A stretch of 64,000 nt of DNA from a virus: IMG/VR virus record IMGVR_UViG_3300009345_000003, positions 32,001 to 96,000 of that record. One strand, given 5' to 3'. A model generated the notes under the pieces. It did no database searches, was not told where the DNA came from, and saw nothing but the letters and a program-made list of their open reading frames with translations. The number at the start of each line of letters is the position of its first letter. The stretch's first letter is position 1. The position numbers were made by a program, and so were the translations under genes. Of this stretch, positions 16,139 to 25,105 are shown piece by piece.

Positions 16139-16543
16139 TCACAAATTGTCAATAGCTTTTTCGTATAATTTGATCACAAAATCTCTGTCTAAGTATGAAG
16201 GATCAAACAAATCCTCCTGAAACAGGGGGCATTGCGTAAAGCAACCAACATGGTCTATTTCATCATCACCTATAATCTGAAATGGGCACACCTGTGAAGG
16301 TCTACGTATTTTAGTGATTAGCTCACCGCGCTCAGCATATGCCACGGGATCATGTAACATCTTATTACTCCACACCGATTTTTCCACAGTGCATAAACCC
16401 CAGGTGCAATATGGTGCTCCATCTTCGGTAAACCCTTTTTCAAAAGGCTGTTTAGCCTTTATCATTCTGTATAACTTAGTCAATAAAGCTACATATTGAG
16501 GTTGACCTAAAAAGATACTGTTTTTCTTAGCCACTATACCCAA
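16139..16543 (-). CDS. Cys-rich hypothetical protein (possible metal binding)
   Basis: CTWGLC, CPF, CFTQCP; overlaps the polymerase stop. Confidence 0.65.
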   Translation of the reverse strand: MGIVAKKNSIFLGQPQYVALLTKLYRMIKAKQPFEKGFTEDGAPYCTWGLCTVEKSVWSNKMLHDPVAYAERGELITKIRRPSQVCPFQIIGDDEIDHVGCFTQCPLFQEDLFDPSYLDRDFVIKLYEKAIDNL

Positions 16544-19251
16544 ACCTCCGTTGTTTTAAAATCAACGTGCAATGTAATATCACCCAAAAAGTAATCAACT
16601 TTAGGATAATCAGTACGCACTTGCTCAAGCATTCCTTTTTTCATTAATGCTTCTGCTTCCTCTTTTGGCACTGAATTATGCACTTCCCATGTCATAGAGT
16701 CGTGGACTTCTGCCCACGGAAACACTTTAGTACCATACAAACCAGCTGCGGATAAAAGCTTATGTTGAGATACTAATGACAAAAGAAATATATCTGATGC
16801 TGTAGCCTGAACATAAGTGTTTACACCCTGGCGCAAAGCCTGTTCGTCCACATAAGGAAACTTTCTTTCGCGTCCAAAGACAGTACGTGCTTTCTTATGT
16901 TCTATAATATAATCACGTGTATTATTAATCCAGGTTTTCACTGAGGGCATACCTTCAAAAAAACGCTGCGTAAAAGCAGCAGCTGTTTCTATGTCCCAGG
17001 AGCCGTCTTCCAACTTCCAACCTAATGTGCTAGCAATACCTTCAGGTGTCATACCATAAAGTGTTCCAAATGATATAACCTTTGATGCCTGCCTAAACGA
17101 ATCGCCAAACTTTTCACGCTCTTTAGCATTCTTAATAATCATGTCATAAGGTATTTGAAATGCACGCGAAGCAATCATACTATGAAAATCAGCATCTTTA
17201 TCATGACATACAGCAGCAATTTCAGGTGACTTGCCATATGCGCCAGCAACACGAACTTCAATCTGTGAATAATCAGCATATGCCAGATAATAGCCGGGCC
17301 GCGCCTTAAAAATCTGCCGAGTATCCGCACCACGAGGCTGATTTTGAATATTAATCTGATTTGTTTTTCCAAGTCCTACCGAATCAGTTCCACCTGATGA
17401 AGTTCTACCAGAAGCGGTTGAGTTAGTCTTAAATGACGCATATACAAATTCACCCTCTCGTTTTTTAGCCAATCCAGTAACATATGTAGACATCTTTTTT
17501 GACGCTACTCGATAATCTAATAAAACCTTTAACAGTTCGTTGTCAGTCTCAGCATATTTATCTTTCAAAGTACCTTTTGTAGTGTTTTTTAAATTCCAAT
17601 CAGGGTGTGAATGTTTTATACATGCTAAAACAATATCATTTGATCTAGGATTAAAAAGCTTCACCCCCTTGGGCTTGTACGTCTTCATACGCTTACGCCC
17701 TTTCTTTTCACCAGTTTGTTTCAAAAACTCATTATGCTTACGTGCTTCTGCATTAGATACTCGAATGTCTTTTTCACGCTTAGCTTCTGCATAAGCATGC
17801 TCAGTTTTTACTTTATCATTATATGCAGCAACTTCAGGTGTATCTAAAAAACGCCTACATAACTGACGTAATTCGTCCATATATTCGTCAGCTTTCTTAT
17901 TTAATAGCGTATCATTAAGCATGATACCTCTAGCTTCCATGTCACGCAAAATAGGCTTTACACCACAGATTATCTTGTCATACAAAAACGACATATCCTG
18001 TTTATCTACATAGTATCTTAACTTAAAAAAGAGTATAGCTGCTGCCAGGACATCACCGGCGCAGTAATCATGAAGAGTCTTTGTGTCTATTTCCCTATAA
18101 TATTTACCAGCAGTAGCTTTACCTTTTTGTTTAATGTCACCTGCCCATGCTGCTAACTCAGGGGCGTATTCAAATATTAATGATTCAAGGTTAAACTTTT
18201 TCCTGGATTGGTTGACAACATAAGCCTCATCCATGGGATCGTTATTATTCCACACAAACACATCAGAGTGTCTCGCAAGTACACCTGAATCGTAATTACT
18301 ATTAAAAGCTACAGATTTAGTTTTAGCAATGGCTTTAGCTAACGTTGTGGTTACAGGACCAGTGTATATGACTAATTTTTTAGGATCATACGAAAAACTA
18401 TGACATCCAGGTGTATACGTAGTTTCCTCTAAATTTCTAAAAAACCCAAAACCTGTACATCGCGTCTGGCAGTATTCTTTACCGTACTGCCAGTCTAATG
18501 CAGATCGTTCAGATACAAGCGACATCCCTTTATATTTTATTTCTTTTTTTTCAAGTTTTTCCGGGCATATAGTTTCAAAGTCATATTGCAGAAATTCGCC
18601 CTTCCATCCTTGAATAAGCGCAACCATTTCCGTAACACGTTTAACAACGGTATATTCAAGCTTAATTTTTTCATTAAGATTAATATCACAATCACCACCT
18701 AGCGCTTTATCAAAAAGATTGCGTAAATCTGTTTTATATATTTCAAAAGCTTTGCGTTCAGATTCTTTAGTATATTTATAACCATCACGCTCACCATGTT
18801 TACGTAAATAGTATGATGGCGAATGCATACATATATAAATGCGCTCACCTTTGCGCACAATCTTATTACAAATCTCTACAATGTTACGACCTAATAACAT
18901 CTGCGGAGGATAATTACCTGCTAATAATATTATGTTGCCTTTAAACTGCTCTAGTTCATCTTCTAAAGTACTTTTAAAACAAGTCTTAGCTTCAGGCTTA
19001 TTTACACGCTCCTTACCCGGATAACATTTAACTGCATTAGTCACATAAACATAATCTCTATGGATTATATCCTCCAAGCCATTAAGTAAAAATTGAAACT
19101 CACTTTTACCCCAGCACTTACCATTAAATGTGGCTGATTTATTAGGATAGTCACCAATAACAAATAAAGTCTTCCCAGCTGGGGTATCTACTGGCCAGTA
19201 AGCTGTATTAGCAAAAAATTTACACTTATCGCACTTATCACTCTTGTACAT
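16534..19251 (-). CDS. Family A DNA polymerase with N-terminal family-4 UDG-like domain and 3'-5' exonuclease (SPO1-type architecture)
   Basis: UDG4: CDKC, IGDYP, VTNAVKC, HSPSY. Exo I YDFET, Exo II FNSNYD, Exo III YCAGD. Pol: TASGRTSS, NIQNQPR, motif A ADYSQIEVR, motif B RQASKVISFGTLYG, motif C EVHDS. Confidence 0.96.
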   Translation of the reverse strand: MYKSDKCDKCKFFANTAYWPVDTPAGKTLFVIGDYPNKSATFNGKCWGKSEFQFLLNGLEDIIHRDYVYVTNAVKCYPGKERVNKPEAKTCFKSTLEDELEQFKGNIILLAGNYPPQMLLGRNIVEICNKIVRKGERIYICMHSPSYYLRKHGERDGYKYTKESERKAFEIYKTDLRNLFDKALGGDCDINLNEKIKLEYTVVKRVTEMVALIQGWKGEFLQYDFETICPEKLEKKEIKYKGMSLVSERSALDWQYGKEYCQTRCTGFGFFRNLEETTYTPGCHSFSYDPKKLVIYTGPVTTTLAKAIAKTKSVAFNSNYDSGVLARHSDVFVWNNNDPMDEAYVVNQSRKKFNLESLIFEYAPELAAWAGDIKQKGKATAGKYYREIDTKTLHDYCAGDVLAAAILFFKLRYYVDKQDMSFLYDKIICGVKPILRDMEARGIMLNDTLLNKKADEYMDELRQLCRRFLDTPEVAAYNDKVKTEHAYAEAKREKDIRVSNAEARKHNEFLKQTGEKKGRKRMKTYKPKGVKLFNPRSNDIVLACIKHSHPDWNLKNTTKGTLKDKYAETDNELLKVLLDYRVASKKMSTYVTGLAKKREGEFVYASFKTNSTASGRTSSGGTDSVGLGKTNQINIQNQPRGADTRQIFKARPGYYLAYADYSQIEVRVAGAYGKSPEIAAVCHDKDADFHSMIASRAFQIPYDMIIKNAKEREKFGDSFRQASKVISFGTLYGMTPEGIASTLGWKLEDGSWDIETAAAFTQRFFEGMPSVKTWINNTRDYIIEHKKARTVFGRERKFPYVDEQALRQGVNTYVQATASDIFLLSLVSQHKLLSAAGLYGTKVFPWAEVHDSMTWEVHNSVPKEEAEALMKKGMLEQVRTDYPKVDYFLGDITLHVDFKTTEVWV

Positions 19252-19263
19252 GCAAAACCCCTT

Positions 19264-21015
19264 TTAAATCTTAAATCCTGCACGCTTATTAAATTCTCCA
19301 CCTGCATCACGTGAAGTTTCCCTAAAACATACTTGATCAGTACGATACTCTAACCATTTACGACCACCACACGAATGTCGCCCTGCATCATTACGAATAG
19401 ACATTTTTTGTTTAAAGCTTGAGTCGTCCGTATCATTTTTATCTCTATGTAAAATTAATAACGCATCGGAATCAGATACAGCAGCACCAGACCAAGCCAC
19501 ATCATTGCTAGACATCTCCTTATGTGATGACTGTTTCCTTGGCTGCGCAATACAAATAATAGGTATATTTAGTTCTAAAGTAATATCCTTGAATGCTTTG
19601 TACGCATTCTCCATGGCCACAGCTTTACCTGTAGAATCCGTAACATTGCGCACCATGTAATGTATATTGTCAAATACAATAAGATCAACACCATATCGAG
19701 CATAAGCATCCCTAAATGTTTGCATTAAAACATCTTGCTTTACATTAGAATCGTAACCAATAAAAAGAGGTAACTTATCACGATATGTTTCCATAAATAC
19801 ATATCTATCTGCACCAGTCACTTCACGCCCGACACCTAAGAGCATTCCAATAGATATGTCTAACAAATCACGCCCGGACATCTCCATACAATAAAATAAG
19901 CAGCGTTTGTTTTGAAGACATGCATCTAAACACAAAGACATGGCAAATGTAGTTTTACCAATTTTAGGCGGAGCAGTCAGTGTAATTAAATGACCAGCAG
20001 TCAAACCACCGCCAAGTAGCTCATTCACTCCAGGTAAATAAGTATAAATGTGATTTTCATCACCTGTTACAATGGCATCAGTAAGAATGGTATCTATATT
20101 TTGTATGGCGGGTAAATCTATTAGTTCTGCTTGCTTAATTAAACTTTTAAATCGTTCGTCACCGTTAGGCCCATTTAAAACATCTGCAACGTCCATGCCC
20201 TCTGGTAATTCTGCAATCTTGGTCCTATACGTACCAAGACGTTGCGCAATCTTCCTGGCACCCTCCTGGCCTGCATCATCACCATCATATGCGATGATAA
20301 TCTCCTTGGCCTTAGATATAAGATCAAACCAGCGAGGTTCCATATTGCCTGCGCCGGAGGTTGTACCCACAGCATTTTTAAACCCGTGTTCCCAAGCCAC
20401 GATAAGGTCTTTTTCACCTTCGCAAACAAGTACAGTTTCTGGCTCTTCTACCTTGGCTAGCACATCCTCATTAATCATTATCTTTGAGGCATCTTTAATT
20501 TTTATGAAAGCTTTAGGATAATTAAACCATGTTTTAAACTTTACATCATATAAAGCACCATTTTTTATAAGGGGGGTTACTAATGCAGGATAACTATCAT
20601 CCAAGCTAGGAAAAAAATAATTATCTGTGTAGCCTAATTTAAAATGTTTTACTGTTTCTTCAGTGATACCCCAATTAACGCATAGTTCAGATAATAACTC
20701 AGAATCATCAATGAGAACAGCATGTGCATTCTCAACATCAATCATATTATCTTCTGATAATGCTTTTAATTTTGATGATGATGGTGCAGCTATACTAGAT
20801 GTTAAACCTAGTAAACGGTTCAAAGTAAACAAGTTACCTGACGTAGGCTTACCATTCTTTTCATGTCTGTTTAAATTAAAACATTTGAACAAACCAGAAA
20901 AAGCATTGATACTAAACCCATCGCCATCACATAAGGGACATCTACGTAATTTTATTTCGTCATTATCTTCACGAAATTCATAGCCCTGCTGTTTAACCCA
21001 ATCAATAGGCTTCAT
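19264..21015 (-). CDS. Primase-helicase (T7 gp4 / Twinkle-like)
   Basis: CPLC zinc finger, TOPRIM VCEGEKD and AYDGDDAG, Walker A APPKIGKT, IVFDNIH, IAQPRK. Confidence 0.95.
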   Translation of the reverse strand: MKPIDWVKQQGYEFREDNDEIKLRRCPLCDGDGFSINAFSGLFKCFNLNRHEKNGKPTSGNLFTLNRLLGLTSSIAAPSSSKLKALSEDNMIDVENAHAVLIDDSELLSELCVNWGITEETVKHFKLGYTDNYFFPSLDDSYPALVTPLIKNGALYDVKFKTWFNYPKAFIKIKDASKIMINEDVLAKVEEPETVLVCEGEKDLIVAWEHGFKNAVGTTSGAGNMEPRWFDLISKAKEIIIAYDGDDAGQEGARKIAQRLGTYRTKIAELPEGMDVADVLNGPNGDERFKSLIKQAELIDLPAIQNIDTILTDAIVTGDENHIYTYLPGVNELLGGGLTAGHLITLTAPPKIGKTTFAMSLCLDACLQNKRCLFYCMEMSGRDLLDISIGMLLGVGREVTGADRYVFMETYRDKLPLFIGYDSNVKQDVLMQTFRDAYARYGVDLIVFDNIHYMVRNVTDSTGKAVAMENAYKAFKDITLELNIPIICIAQPRKQSSHKEMSSNDVAWSGAAVSDSDALLILHRDKNDTDDSSFKQKMSIRNDAGRHSCGGRKWLEYRTDQVCFRETSRDAGGEFNKRAGFKI

Positions 21016-21035
21016 ATAGTGTTAGCTCCAATCAG

Positions 21036-21905
21036 TTATACAGGTGTCTTTGTGTACGAACGTGCGTATTCGCTCCAATCCATAAGTTCAGTTCCATGCA
21101 ACTTATACTCAGGTCGAGTTTGAGTCAAAAACTTTAAACAAGATCGGTGGCGTTTTCCAAAATCGTTAATATAATTAGCTAACTTAATTCTATCTTTTAA
21201 TGGAATTATTGATCCTTTAACATGCTGCTGCATAGCTTTAGACACTACTAGCTTAGGTAATTCCCAAAAATACAAACCGTAGCCATAACAATTATGCATC
21301 TGTTTAGGTACTACAGGCTTAGACCAATGAACACTATACCATGTCTTTGTCAGCCTTTTATATACAGACTGCTTCTTATAAAAGTTGTGTGCTTCACCAA
21401 ATAGATCAGTGTATTCATCATTTAAGTTATGATAAGCAGCTGAAAAAAAAGCTTTTTCTATCATGTATAATGATGTGGGTACACAAATAGGGTCTTTTTT
21501 AGTCAATAAAATACTAGCAAAAGCACGAATAGTATCTATCTGATCAATAGATAAAAATTCTATTTTACGTGAATCTACAGAAAAATAGTTATCCCTGACT
21601 TTGTATAGTACAGGCACAAAATTTGGATGTTGGCTTAATACCAATTCAAAAGAAAGTATTTCTACATTCTTAATATGTTCTGAAATTAGGTGTTTAAAGG
21701 AAGGTATGAATTTGTACGTATCTTTATAATACGCAATTACATTTGAAAAATATGCAGCCCCTTTCTCTAACGAATCAATATGTCTTAGTTTTAAGAACTT
21801 TGACAGAGCTGTGCGGTCAATAACTAAGTCTCTTCCGTATGTCTTTGTAAAGCTGCTCTGAATCCGGTGAATCAACGAATTCAAGAAAGTTTGCCGCAAA
21901 AGCAT
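21036..21905 (-). CDS. Hypothetical protein in the replication operon
   Basis: 289-aa ORF directly upstream of the primase-helicase. Confidence 0.7.
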   Translation of the reverse strand: MLLRQTFLNSLIHRIQSSFTKTYGRDLVIDRTALSKFLKLRHIDSLEKGAAYFSNVIAYYKDTYKFIPSFKHLISEHIKNVEILSFELVLSQHPNFVPVLYKVRDNYFSVDSRKIEFLSIDQIDTIRAFASILLTKKDPICVPTSLYMIEKAFFSAAYHNLNDEYTDLFGEAHNFYKKQSVYKRLTKTWYSVHWSKPVVPKQMHNCYGYGLYFWELPKLVVSKAMQQHVKGSIIPLKDRIKLANYINDFGKRHRSCLKFLTQTRPEYKLHGTELMDWSEYARSYTKTPV

Positions 21906-22104
21906 TGAGCATGAACCTCGCTACATCTTGGGGAGTTAGATTATACGCCAGGGCTACTTTCTCTAGCATATACAGAGTTTCACCATCTAAACTTATAGTG
22001 AATTGCTCTGTTTCAAAGCCATCCACAGGTAATTCAACAATCTCAGGTGGTTTTTTCTGCGCTAATATCAGTTGCATTAACACTTCTTGAAAAAATCTAT
22101 CCAT
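21817..22104 (-). CDS. Possible ribbon-helix-helix (CopG-like) DNA-binding protein
   Basis: FTISLDGETLYMLEKVALAYNLTPQDVARFML fits a beta-helix-helix pattern. Confidence 0.5.
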   Translation of the reverse strand: MDRFFQEVLMQLILAQKKPPEIVELPVDGFETEQFTISLDGETLYMLEKVALAYNLTPQDVARFMLNAFAANFLEFVDSPDSEQLYKDIRKRLSY

Positions 22105-22114
22105 ATTTTTTTAT

Positions 22115-22161
22115 AAAGGCTGGTAGCACTAGGCAAAGGATAAGTACTACCAGCCTTTTTT
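22115..22161. terminator. Strong hairpin / terminator-like element
   Basis: AAAGGCTGGTAG-N20-CTACCAGCCTTT, 12-bp perfect stem; T-run on the plus strand. Confidence 0.6.
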
Positions 22162-22187
22162 ATGATTTAGCGTGGTGAAACACTAAA

Positions 22188-22982
22188 TTAGTTATCGTCC
22201 ACATACTTTTTTAAGTCCGCGACAACATTTGCGAGATTACTAACAATATGTTTGAATTCTTCATCTACAGCACCAGCAGCGGCATCAGAAGGTTGTACAT
22301 TACCTACAGCTTCGATGATTTCTTTCTTAATACGGTTCAACTTAAGGTCCATCTTTTGTAGCTTATCATCAATAGCATCAAAACGAGAAGTCACCAACTC
22401 AACAATGGACACACCAGGAGCAGCGACTGCTTCAGTAGATTCATCTTCTGCATCAACTTCAGAATCAACTTCCGGCTTCGGATCAGCTACTTTTTTACGC
22501 TTAGTAGTTATAGGCGCTTCCGGCTCAAGCTCGGGTTCAGGTTCAGGTACAATCATATCATCGTCATCTTCTTCTATGATATCATCAACAGGATCATCAA
22601 TAGGATCATCAAGGGGGTCGTCAATAAGATCATCCGTAGGCTCTTCAATGGAATCAGCCATAGATTCCACATCAAGATCATCAACGTCTGGCTCTGGCTC
22701 AATAAGTTGTTCCGGCTCCGGCTTAGCCGTACGCTGAGCAGTAGGTTTATCTAACTTTTTTTCAGACTTTTTAGCTGTTGCTTTACCACCACTTTTTTTC
22801 TTGATTTGTGCCCTGATTTCTTCTTCATACTCCTGTGCAACTTCAAAACGAGCCGGTGGGCAGTTCATTGTCTCCGGCGTCGAACCTTCAGGCATCAACT
22901 CCTCTCCATTGATAGAGTAGCAATCATCATACTGTGTACAGTATTTACATACTCGACAAGGATGACCTTCTTGTAATTGCAT
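22188..22982 (-). CDS. Acidic low-complexity protein with N-terminal Cys cluster and C-terminal coiled coil
   Basis: CRVCKYCTQYDDC; DDPLDDPIDDPVDD and EPEPE repeats; AGGAG RBS. Confidence 0.75.
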   Translation of the reverse strand: MQLQEGHPCRVCKYCTQYDDCYSINGEELMPEGSTPETMNCPPARFEVAQEYEEEIRAQIKKKSGGKATAKKSEKKLDKPTAQRTAKPEPEQLIEPEPDVDDLDVESMADSIEEPTDDLIDDPLDDPIDDPVDDIIEEDDDDMIVPEPEPELEPEAPITTKRKKVADPKPEVDSEVDAEDESTEAVAAPGVSIVELVTSRFDAIDDKLQKMDLKLNRIKKEIIEAVGNVQPSDAAAGAVDEEFKHIVSNLANVVADLKKYVDDN

Positions 22983-23026
22983 AATATAATCTCCTGTATA
23001 TCTATAGTACTTGTTTAGTTAAATTA

Positions 23027-23998
23027 TTAAAACGGAACGTCATCCATTCCACTGGCTTCCGAGGGAAAGGCAGGACCAAGAACATCATCATCATCATCTT
23101 TAGCAGATGGTTGCCCCGGTGCACTCATATTACCAATGTCCAAATCATCATCCATATCATCAGGTGCTGGCTCATCATCATATGCATTAGCATTAACATC
23201 ACCATAAACAGACTTTTTGTACTCTTTCCAAGCCTGCTGAACAACTGGTCCCTTAGCAGGATCATAATTATGTTCTGCCCACAGTTTATCCCATTGAGTC
23301 GGGGCTATTTGATTACCCCCGTACATATTCACAGTATGTGCATATATAGTATAGAATGGTAATGCATTAGGCGTTGTAGTTACTGCTGGTAGCAACTTAA
23401 AAGATACCACCTCATCGAGCTTCAAATCTGTACGATAACTGTAATAGCGATCGTACTTAGCTAGTGCAAAAAAAGCACGAATACGGTGAATAGGATTAGT
23501 AATATCAAATGAAGATACACCAATAACCTCACCTATCTTAGCAGCTACCTGCTCAACATACTTCTGTGTAACCGGATGAGTCTTACGGCTCTGTTGCACT
23601 GTATATTTAGGATAGTTACCATCCTTCTTCTTCGATATAGCTAAAACAAAGCCTTTATTAATATCATCAGGATAAGTCCAACGTAAATCAGGATTCTTTT
23701 CAGTTACACCATCTATGATGGTGCCAGCTACTTTTTTAGGTAGCCGCATCATAGCAAATTTATTTTTTTTAGGCCCTGAAAGAATCTTAGTGATTCCTAC
23801 AATGACCTCGATTGCCTTGTGATTTTTAGCTTCATCAAAACCCTGTTCCTCATTAATCTTATTGAATTCATCACAATGAGGACAGCCAATAATACCCCCA
23901 TTATAGGGATTACTCATGCACGGCATAACCATGCTTTGATCGTCCATGACTCCGCCAGATTTCATTCTCTTTGCTTCTGGTGAATTAGCCCAACCCAT
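23027..23998 (-). CDS. Single-stranded DNA-binding protein (gp32-like)
   Basis: CPHC, D-x3-G...ISKKKDG-x-YPKYTV, long acidic tail ending DDVPF; in the replication cluster. Confidence 0.75.
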   Translation of the reverse strand: MGWANSPEAKRMKSGGVMDDQSMVMPCMSNPYNGGIIGCPHCDEFNKINEEQGFDEAKNHKAIEVIVGITKILSGPKKNKFAMMRLPKKVAGTIIDGVTEKNPDLRWTYPDDINKGFVLAISKKKDGNYPKYTVQQSRKTHPVTQKYVEQVAAKIGEVIGVSSFDITNPIHRIRAFFALAKYDRYYSYRTDLKLDEVVSFKLLPAVTTTPNALPFYTIYAHTVNMYGGNQIAPTQWDKLWAEHNYDPAKGPVVQQAWKEYKKSVYGDVNANAYDDEPAPDDMDDDLDIGNMSAPGQPSAKDDDDDVLGPAFPSEASGMDDVPF

Positions 23999-24088
23999 AA
24001 TAATTTCTCCTCGTTAAATTAATTCTTGTTTCGACTTTTTGACATAACGTCTTTTTTGTCTTTTCCTTAATTATTGTTGAAAGTACTT

Positions 24089-24796
24089 CTACATCTTTTC
24101 ATGAAAATAAGTCAACACTTTTTTCGAAAAAGTATCATACTCCGTACCTTTCTGTTTTTTAAACACTCTAAAAGCATACCCAGCAGTACCATTCGCATAA
24201 ATTGTCCAAGATAAACTTTTATTCAACTTATTAAGATCAATAAGTTTAAGTTTTCTAGACGCAAAATCAGCTGACAGAAATACATTCTTTCGTATTGCTA
24301 TCATAGTATGTGGTAATATCCGTTCACCTTGTACAGCAAATGTGTGTGGTACGGCAAATGAATCCAACGGGTAGAAAAAAGCAGGGTTTTTTAAAGGTGC
24401 TATTTCATACTCGTCATGCGCCTTGAACATAACATACTTGAGTAAAAAACGTTGAAGACGCATGTTTAAAGTTTTTTTATCTTCTAACTCATTTTTACGC
24501 TCATTAACTAACTTGCGTAAATCTTTTATAGGCTTTGTAACACCAGTTGCAGAAAGCACTGTAGTTACTGAACCTACGCAATCAAGTGACGCTCCTGGAG
24601 AATAGACACCCCAATTAGATGAAGTATTTACTAATCGATTACCAATATCATTAGCGTGTACTGCCAATGTAAAATCATCATTAACCGCTATTGTACTATC
24701 GGGATAAAAAGCGGCAGCTTCTGCATACTCATCCAATATTTTAATGAATTCAGGGTCTGTTTCATTCTCCAGGAGTTTAATATCAAGATTCTTCAT
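24089..24796 (-). CDS. Hypothetical protein
   Basis: 235-aa ORF between the RecA-like and SSB genes. Confidence 0.7.
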   Translation of the reverse strand: MKNLDIKLLENETDPEFIKILDEYAEAAAFYPDSTIAVNDDFTLAVHANDIGNRLVNTSSNWGVYSPGASLDCVGSVTTVLSATGVTKPIKDLRKLVNERKNELEDKKTLNMRLQRFLLKYVMFKAHDEYEIAPLKNPAFFYPLDSFAVPHTFAVQGERILPHTMIAIRKNVFLSADFASRKLKLIDLNKLNKSLSWTIYANGTAGYAFRVFKKQKGTEYDTFSKKVLTYFHEKM

Positions 24797-25091
24797 ACAA
24801 CTTACTCACAGCACTATCAAGAGCAGGGATAAGTTTGTGCATTTGTGATCTTGCTTCTTTGTCTTTACCTTTGGTACGACCACTAACAATAGGTGATACT
24901 CCGTTAGGATTTAACTTAATTACACCATCTGTAATAATTGTTGTCATACCCCTGCCACGCTTATAGCTGGCTTCTGCCCCCACAGGAAAAAGCTGTCTAG
25001 CAATGACAGTTAATTTTTCCTCCAAAAGCTTCTTTTCTTTTACAATGTCTAAGTACGAACGTAAAAGTTTTGCGCGTTCCTTGGGGTCCAT
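24783..25091 (-). CDS. Hypothetical basic protein
   Basis: AAAGGAG RBS. Confidence 0.65.
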   Translation of the reverse strand: MDPKERAKLLRSYLDIVKEKKLLEEKLTVIARQLFPVGAEASYKRGRGMTTIITDGVIKLNPNGVSPIVSGRTKGKDKEARSQMHKLIPALDSAVSKLYEES

Positions 25092-25105
25092 AAGTAATCT
25101 CCTTT

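Noticed and set aside
22540-22720. DNA tandem repeats (ggatcatcaa-type)
   Set aside because: They encode the DDP and EP low-complexity protein tract and are not a separate element.
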